Part shown: positions 15,681-20,000 of the stretch, in pieces | Layout: each line of letters starts with the position of its first letter | How positions within the stretch are numbered: position 1 is the first letter of the stretch | From: an uncultured virus (IMG/VR IMGVR_UViG_3300017774_007075) | Lineage: Duplodnaviria > Heunggongvirae > Uroviricota > Caudoviricetes | DNA length: 20,000 nucleotides | Strand: one strand, 5' to 3' | Virus record (IMG/VR): IMGVR_UViG_3300017774_007075 | Span: 55,319-75,318 of that record | Notes under the pieces: model-generated | Told to the model about the DNA's origin: nothing | The model's database searches: none | What the model saw: the letters and a program-made list of their open reading frames with translations, nothing else | Program-made: the position numbers and the translations under genes

Positions 15681-16759
15681 TGGTAAGTAAATTCCCTATA
15701 AATACATTATTAATTGATGGAAACTACCTTTTAAAACGGTCTTTTAATGGTGCTAAACACACATTTAATGGAACTCGTCACATTGGTGGTCTCTATCAAT
15801 TCATAATGCAAACCCGAAGTCTTGTCCGTTCTCAAAATATCAACAAAGTTGTTGTATTTTGGGATGGAGAGAACGGTGGTAAACTCAGATATGATATTTA
15901 TAGAGAATATAAAGCAAATCGTGAAGGAAAAGAATGGTATAAAAAGATTGATTTGACCCCTTATGAACTCAGAAAACAACAGCAGGAGAAAGAATCATAT
16001 CTTTGGCAGATGGTTAGAGTAAAAAACTATCTTGAGGAATTATTTATAAGACAAGTTCAGGTTGACCAAATTGAATCAGATGACATGATTGCATATTATT
16101 GTCAAAAGTATCATGATAAAGAGAATATAACTATTTACACTAACGATAGAGATATTTGTCAACTTCTTGAATATGATAATGTATCTGTTTATCTTGCTAA
16201 TTTAAAACAGAATGTTACCAAAAAAAATTACTATCTTCTTTTCAAACATCACTATAGTAATCTCACAGTTATTAAAACTATGTGTGGGGATGATTCTGAT
16301 AATATTAGTGGTATTGATGGTTTGGGCGAAAACACTCTTCTCAAGCATTTTCCAAAGATTCAAACTCAAAAAGTCAAAGCAGCAACTATTATTAGAGAAG
16401 CAAGAGAAATAAATGAACAACGAATCACCAATAAAAAGAAACCTCTTAAAGTTCTTGAAAATATTGTTGAAGGCGTTTTCAAAACATATGGTAAGATAGG
16501 TTTAGAACAATATAAATTAAATTATAAAATAATTAATTTGCTTGAACCATTTCTTACAAAAGAAGCAATGGCAGAATTAGTACTTGTAGCAGAAGAACCA
16601 TTAGACCCAAATGGTAGAGGTGAAGAGAATTTATTAAAAATGATGACAGAAGATGCATATCTTGAAAATTATAATGCAGATTTTTTAAGATTTCATGAAC
16701 CCTTTTACCCCGTTATTTTAAGAGAAAAAGATTTTTTTAAAAAAAAATCATATATTTGA
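15680..16759 (+). CDS. 5'-3' exonuclease / flap endonuclease (Pol I N-terminal domain; T4 RNase H / T5 D15-like)
   Basis: LLIDGN, VVVFWDG, YKANR, ESDDMIA, TNDRDICQL, GDDSDNISGIDGLGENT (H3TH motif). Confidence 0.93.
   Translation: MVSKFPINTLLIDGNYLLKRSFNGAKHTFNGTRHIGGLYQFIMQTRSLVRSQNINKVVVFWDGENGGKLRYDIYREYKANREGKEWYKKIDLTPYELRKQQQEKESYLWQMVRVKNYLEELFIRQVQVDQIESDDMIAYYCQKYHDKENITIYTNDRDICQLLEYDNVSVYLANLKQNVTKKNYYLLFKHHYSNLTVIKTMCGDDSDNISGIDGLGENTLLKHFPKIQTQKVKAATIIREAREINEQRITNKKKPLKVLENIVEGVFKTYGKIGLEQYKLNYKIINLLEPFLTKEAMAELVLVAEEPLDPNGRGEENLLKMMTEDAYLENYNADFLRFHEPFYPVILREKDFFKKKSYI
16751..16758 (+). promoter_or_regulatory. TATATTTG promoter -7 element overlapping the exonuclease stop
   Basis: Exact TATATTTG, 23 nt before ATG 16782. 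Confidence 0.45.
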
Positions 16760-16781
16760 ATAAAGCTAAGTGATTTTTAAA

Positions 16782-17582
16782 ATGAATAAAAACTATTTCA
16801 AGTTTTCCCTCTCTTATAGAGACAAAGTTGTATCGGAAAGAATTTTTGATGCTGATTGTTATAATCCACAAATTAGACAAATGGTCAATATCAAGGATTT
16901 AGTTCCTGAAATCCGTAAAGTTTTACAAAAGGTATTATCAACACCAAGTCAAAAACTTTCAAATGAGTATTATACTGGTTTTAATAAAAACAATAAACCT
17001 GTCACAATTAAGATTGATGATTTAAAAGATAAGAAACTTAATCATAGATTTCAATATCTTAAAGAAAAGCATAAAACAAACACATCCTCTATTAAGGATA
17101 AAAATATTAATAAGGTTTCAATTGAAAGTAATCTTAGTAAGATTAATGACAAGTATATGATTGTTATTTCTTTGAGAGATGGTTCTACTGAACTTTTTTA
17201 CAAGAAAAATATTCAAGTGCTTGAAGATTCTGTTAAAGATGTACAAGCAAAATCAAGTATTCCTTTTGCAAATATTAGACAAATTGAATTTGTTGAAGAA
17301 CTTCAATTCGACTTTGCACTTTACTTTAATGATAATTATGTCATTCAAAGAAAGTTTACTGTTTTTAATTTTAATCCTGATTCTTTTCTTTCCGAAGAAT
17401 TTATCAGAATCAATAATGACATTTGCAATGTGATTAAAAATCATATTAAAAAAGAAGATATTAAAATGCAATATGCTGATTATGAAATTATGCAAAAACA
17501 TGATATATCTTTCAATGATTTGAAGGTATTATCTCAAGATGAGAAGAAAAAACTTCTTAGAATGGATTACATCCTAAATTAA
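16782..17582 (+). CDS. Hypothetical protein with an internally duplicated domain
   Basis: ATG 16782 (alternative GTG 16770). Two related segments: FKFSLSYRDKVVSERIFDADCYNP and FDFALYFNDNYVIQRKFTVFNFNP. Confidence 0.7.
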   Translation: MNKNYFKFSLSYRDKVVSERIFDADCYNPQIRQMVNIKDLVPEIRKVLQKVLSTPSQKLSNEYYTGFNKNNKPVTIKIDDLKDKKLNHRFQYLKEKHKTNTSSIKDKNINKVSIESNLSKINDKYMIVISLRDGSTELFYKKNIQVLEDSVKDVQAKSSIPFANIRQIEFVEELQFDFALYFNDNYVIQRKFTVFNFNPDSFLSEEFIRINNDICNVIKNHIKKEDIKMQYADYEIMQKHDISFNDLKVLSQDEKKKLLRMDYILN

Positions 17583-17612
17583 TTTTAAACTTTTAATTTT
17601 TTATTAACAATA

Positions 17613-19067
17613 ATGCGTAATAACATGTTATCGCTAGGTTCTGATAGACATCAGAGAAGAATACTATTTCATATTTTTTATAGTGACTTCCCTAAAGATG
17701 TTATTCTAAAACTAGAATCGAGTCATTTTACAGAAGAAAAACATAAAATTATTTTTTCATTAATTAAACAATATGTAGAAGAATATACCAATCTTCCCAC
17801 ATTAAGAAACATTGGTGAAATTATTAAAGCAAATAAAAATCATACAAAAGAACAAAAAGATGCTTGGATAAATGAGTTATCTAGCATCCATAAAGATTAT
17901 AAAAATCTTCTTGATGGAAATGAAAGAAATGATTTTGATTTCATTAAAAAAACAACAAATGCATTTATTCAGGTTCAAGAACTGAAGAATCTTTCAGAAG
18001 GTGATATTAGAAATATTGTTGAAAGCAATGATTTACTATTACTTGATAAAGTCCTTGAAAAAATGCGTAAAATCATTAACATCGGTACTGAAGATGAAGA
18101 CCCTGATGATATTGATGATATTGATGAAACACTCTTTACACAGCGTTATAGAGACTTTATTCAAACAGGTCTTGCAGAGGTTGATAAAATTATTACAGGA
18201 CTACCAAAGGGTAAATTAGGTATTCTTATTGCAGGTCAAGGTGTGGGTAAGTCTACTGTTCTTGCAAGTTTTTCTGTTAATGCTTTTAAACAAGGTAAAA
18301 AAGTATTACATATTATCTTTGGTGAAAACGAAACTAGAGATATCAAATTACTTGTATCAACTGCATTGACAGGTATCTCTTTTAGAGATGCTCAAAAGAA
18401 TCCTGAAAAAGCAGCAAAAAGAGCAAATGAGGAAATTGAAAAGATTAAATCAAAACAACTTGGCCTAATCAAAATAAAAAGATTCCCATCGAGCGAAATG
18501 ACAGTTCCTAAGTTGAAGAATTGGGTTATTAAGTATCAACAAAAGGTTGGTTATAAATTTGACCAAATCAATATTGACTATGTTGATGAGATGATTTCAC
18601 ATCTTTCAAATCAAAATAATCCATATCAAGGTGAAAAAGAAGTTGTTGGAGGTATTTTGGATATGCTTGTTGAGTTTGATATCTGCGGATGGACAGCAAC
18701 ACAAGCAAAAAAAGAATCTAATAACAAAAAACGACTCGATTTGAATGATTCAGGTGGTTCTGTTGCTAAAGTAAAGAAAGCACAAGTAGTTATTACCATT
18801 GGTAGTGATTCGGATGATAGAAATAATAATCGTGCTACATTCCACTTAGCAAAATCAAACATCTCTCCATCAGGACATTATTTTGAGGATTCTACTTTTG
18901 ATACTGCTCATATGAGATTTGAATTAACTCCACCAACAGGTTCAGTTATTGAAGAATTTGATGATGATGAGATTATTGATAGTGATTATGAAATTGTAGA
19001 TAATAATAAACAATTATTGACTGCAAATAGTAAACCATCCGAAATAGACCTGTTAAAATCTTTATGA
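17613..19067 (+). CDS. dnaB: DnaB-like / T4 gp41-like SF4 replicative helicase
   Basis: 484 aa; IQTGLAEVD..GLPKGKLGILIAGQGVGKST (Walker A), VLHIIFGE, NIDYVD (Walker B), WTATQ, LAKSN. Confidence 0.92.
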   Translation: MRNNMLSLGSDRHQRRILFHIFYSDFPKDVILKLESSHFTEEKHKIIFSLIKQYVEEYTNLPTLRNIGEIIKANKNHTKEQKDAWINELSSIHKDYKNLLDGNERNDFDFIKKTTNAFIQVQELKNLSEGDIRNIVESNDLLLLDKVLEKMRKIINIGTEDEDPDDIDDIDETLFTQRYRDFIQTGLAEVDKIITGLPKGKLGILIAGQGVGKSTVLASFSVNAFKQGKKVLHIIFGENETRDIKLLVSTALTGISFRDAQKNPEKAAKRANEEIEKIKSKQLGLIKIKRFPSSEMTVPKLKNWVIKYQQKVGYKFDQINIDYVDEMISHLSNQNNPYQGEKEVVGGILDMLVEFDICGWTATQAKKESNNKKRLDLNDSGGSVAKVKKAQVVITIGSDSDDRNNNRATFHLAKSNISPSGHYFEDSTFDTAHMRFELTPPTGSVIEEFDDDEIIDSDYEIVDNNKQLLTANSKPSEIDLLKSL

Positions 19068-19435
19068 TAGATGACAATCTATACTTTTATAGAACAAAAA
19101 CACCCTCAACAAAAGAGGGTGTTCTTGCTTTACAAAGATGGAAAGAAGATTTAATGCTTGATTTGCCAAATGAACATATGGCATTGAAGCTTGAATCAAT
19201 GCATAATTATATTTATGATAATTTTTATAATAGAAAGGAACTTAGAAATTCAAAAAGAGTTATAAATTTTATTTATGATTTGTTTTTTGAACTTTATAGT
19301 AGAAATAATTATTTAAATCAAATATATTTAGTCAAATCTTTTGATAGATTTATATCTGACCATAAACATGTTTTATACTCTTATGAAGAAGAAAAAATCG
19401 TATTATATTTAAATATTTTTATTGAAAGTTTTTGA
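19064..19435 (+). CDS. Hypothetical protein
   Basis: 123 aa; ATGA overlap with the helicase stop. Confidence 0.6.
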   Translation: MIDDNLYFYRTKTPSTKEGVLALQRWKEDLMLDLPNEHMALKLESMHNYIYDNFYNRKELRNSKRVINFIYDLFFELYSRNNYLNQIYLVKSFDRFISDHKHVLYSYEEEKIVLYLNIFIESF

Positions 19436-19439
19436 CAAT

Positions 19440-19751
19440 ATGGAAAAAGTTATTAGAGATGGAAAAGTTGCTGTGCTAATATCTCAAGGATGGGGCGCAG
19501 GTTGGTATACTTGGCATAGAGATAATCAAGAATTATTGTTTAGTCCCAAATTGGTTGAAATGGTAGAACAAAATAAAAGAAATGAAATTAATGACCAATG
19601 GATTCTTGAAAATTTAGGCATTGATATGTATGCAGGTGGTTCTGATGGGTTAGAAATTCATTGGTTACCAATTGGTACAATATTTTGTATTGAAGAATAT
19701 GATGGTTTTGAAACCATACGAACCATTGAAGATTTAGTATTAACAGCTTAA
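19440..19751 (+). CDS. Conserved-looking small phage protein (GKVAVLxSxGxGAGW motif)
   Basis: ATG 19440 lies 4 nt after the previous stop; GKVAVLISQGWGAGWYTW and FCIEEYDGFE. Confidence 0.7.
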   Translation: MEKVIRDGKVAVLISQGWGAGWYTWHRDNQELLFSPKLVEMVEQNKRNEINDQWILENLGIDMYAGGSDGLEIHWLPIGTIFCIEEYDGFETIRTIEDLVLTA

Positions 19752-19754
19752 AAT

Positions 19755-20000
19755 ATGAAAATTTATTATTATTGCCCAAATCTGAATCATCCTTCAGGTG
19801 GTATGGGTGTTTTATTCAAGCAAGCAAAGATTCTTGCTGATAATGGTTATGATGTTACACTTCTTTATGAAGGTCAAGAGACATTCAATCCAACTTGGAT
19901 GGAATTTAGTATTGAACATATTCCAAAGGTTAGAATTAACCACCTAGACAGCTTTAAAATCAACTCAAATGATTTATTGGTAATACCAGAAGGTTTTGGT
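19755..20000 (+). CDS. GT-B fold (GT4-like) glycosyltransferase, N-terminal part, truncated by the window edge
   Basis: Not in the supplied ORF track. My translation: MKIYYYCPNLNHPSGGMGVLFKQAKILADNGYDVTLLY...DLLVIPEGFG, with the PSGG..L...GYDV motif of GT-B N-terminal domains. Confidence 0.75.
   Translation, partial: MKIYYYCPNLNHPSGGMGVLFKQAKILADNGYDVTLLYEGQETFNPTWMEFSIEHIPKVRINHLDSFKINSNDLLVIPEGFG

Noticed and set aside
18105..18127. GATGATATT tandem repeat in the helicase
   Set aside because: Simply encodes the acidic linker DDIDDIDE.
14849..18219. Short plus-strand alternate-frame ORFs (14849, 15260, 16212, 17179, 18001)
   Set aside because: Nested in recA, the exonuclease, the 16782 gene or the helicase, with atypical composition and no supporting signals.
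14392..19067. Inteins or introns in recA, exonuclease or helicase
   Set aside because: Protein lengths are normal, motifs are collinear, and no intein-sized insertion with C...HN boundaries is seen.
566..19779. Short minus-strand ORFs in the track (e.g. 3614-4036, 1970-2272, 13945-14196)
   Set aside because: They lie wholly or almost wholly antisense to well-supported plus-strand genes and have no recognisable motifs; treated as shadow ORFs.
1..20000. Alternative genetic code (stop-codon reassignment as in some large Bacteroidota phages)
   Set aside because: Standard code gives long, tightly packed ORFs. TAG (10466, 14290) and TGA (545, 16759, 19067) end genes at sensible positions, e.g. 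right after the DDDLPF tail.
1..20000. CRISPR array, tRNA/rRNA genes, DGR template repeats
   Set aside because: Intergenic gaps are all under about 135 bp, with no spaced repeats, cloverleaf or long near-duplicate segments visible.

Overview
AT-rich, gene-dense, all plus-strand segment of a large (jumbo/T4-like myovirus-type) dsDNA phage genome, probably infecting Bacteroidota: TAnnTTTG promoter elements recur and leaders are A/T-rich and mostly lack Shine-Dalgarno sites. The left part is a tail/baseplate block: gp26-like assembly protein plus an overlapping gp51-like ORF, tape measure protein, a 1514-aa hub-like protein with a C-terminal M23 peptidase, and further putative virion proteins. 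The right part is a replication/recombination block: SSB-like protein, RecA/UvsX, 5'-3' exonuclease, DnaB/gp41-like helicase, and the start of a GT-B glycosyltransferase. Most notable: (1) a candidate +1 (or -2) programmed frameshift on TTT-TTT-T joining the gp26-like and gp51-like ORFs; (2) a double helix-turn-helix ORF with its own promoter placed between the tape measure and hub genes, followed by a ~14% GC repeat-containing spacer and flanked by a local codon-composition anomaly (candidate initiator + origin); (3) two interleaved promoter classes. All family assignments come from motif recognition by eye, not database searches.
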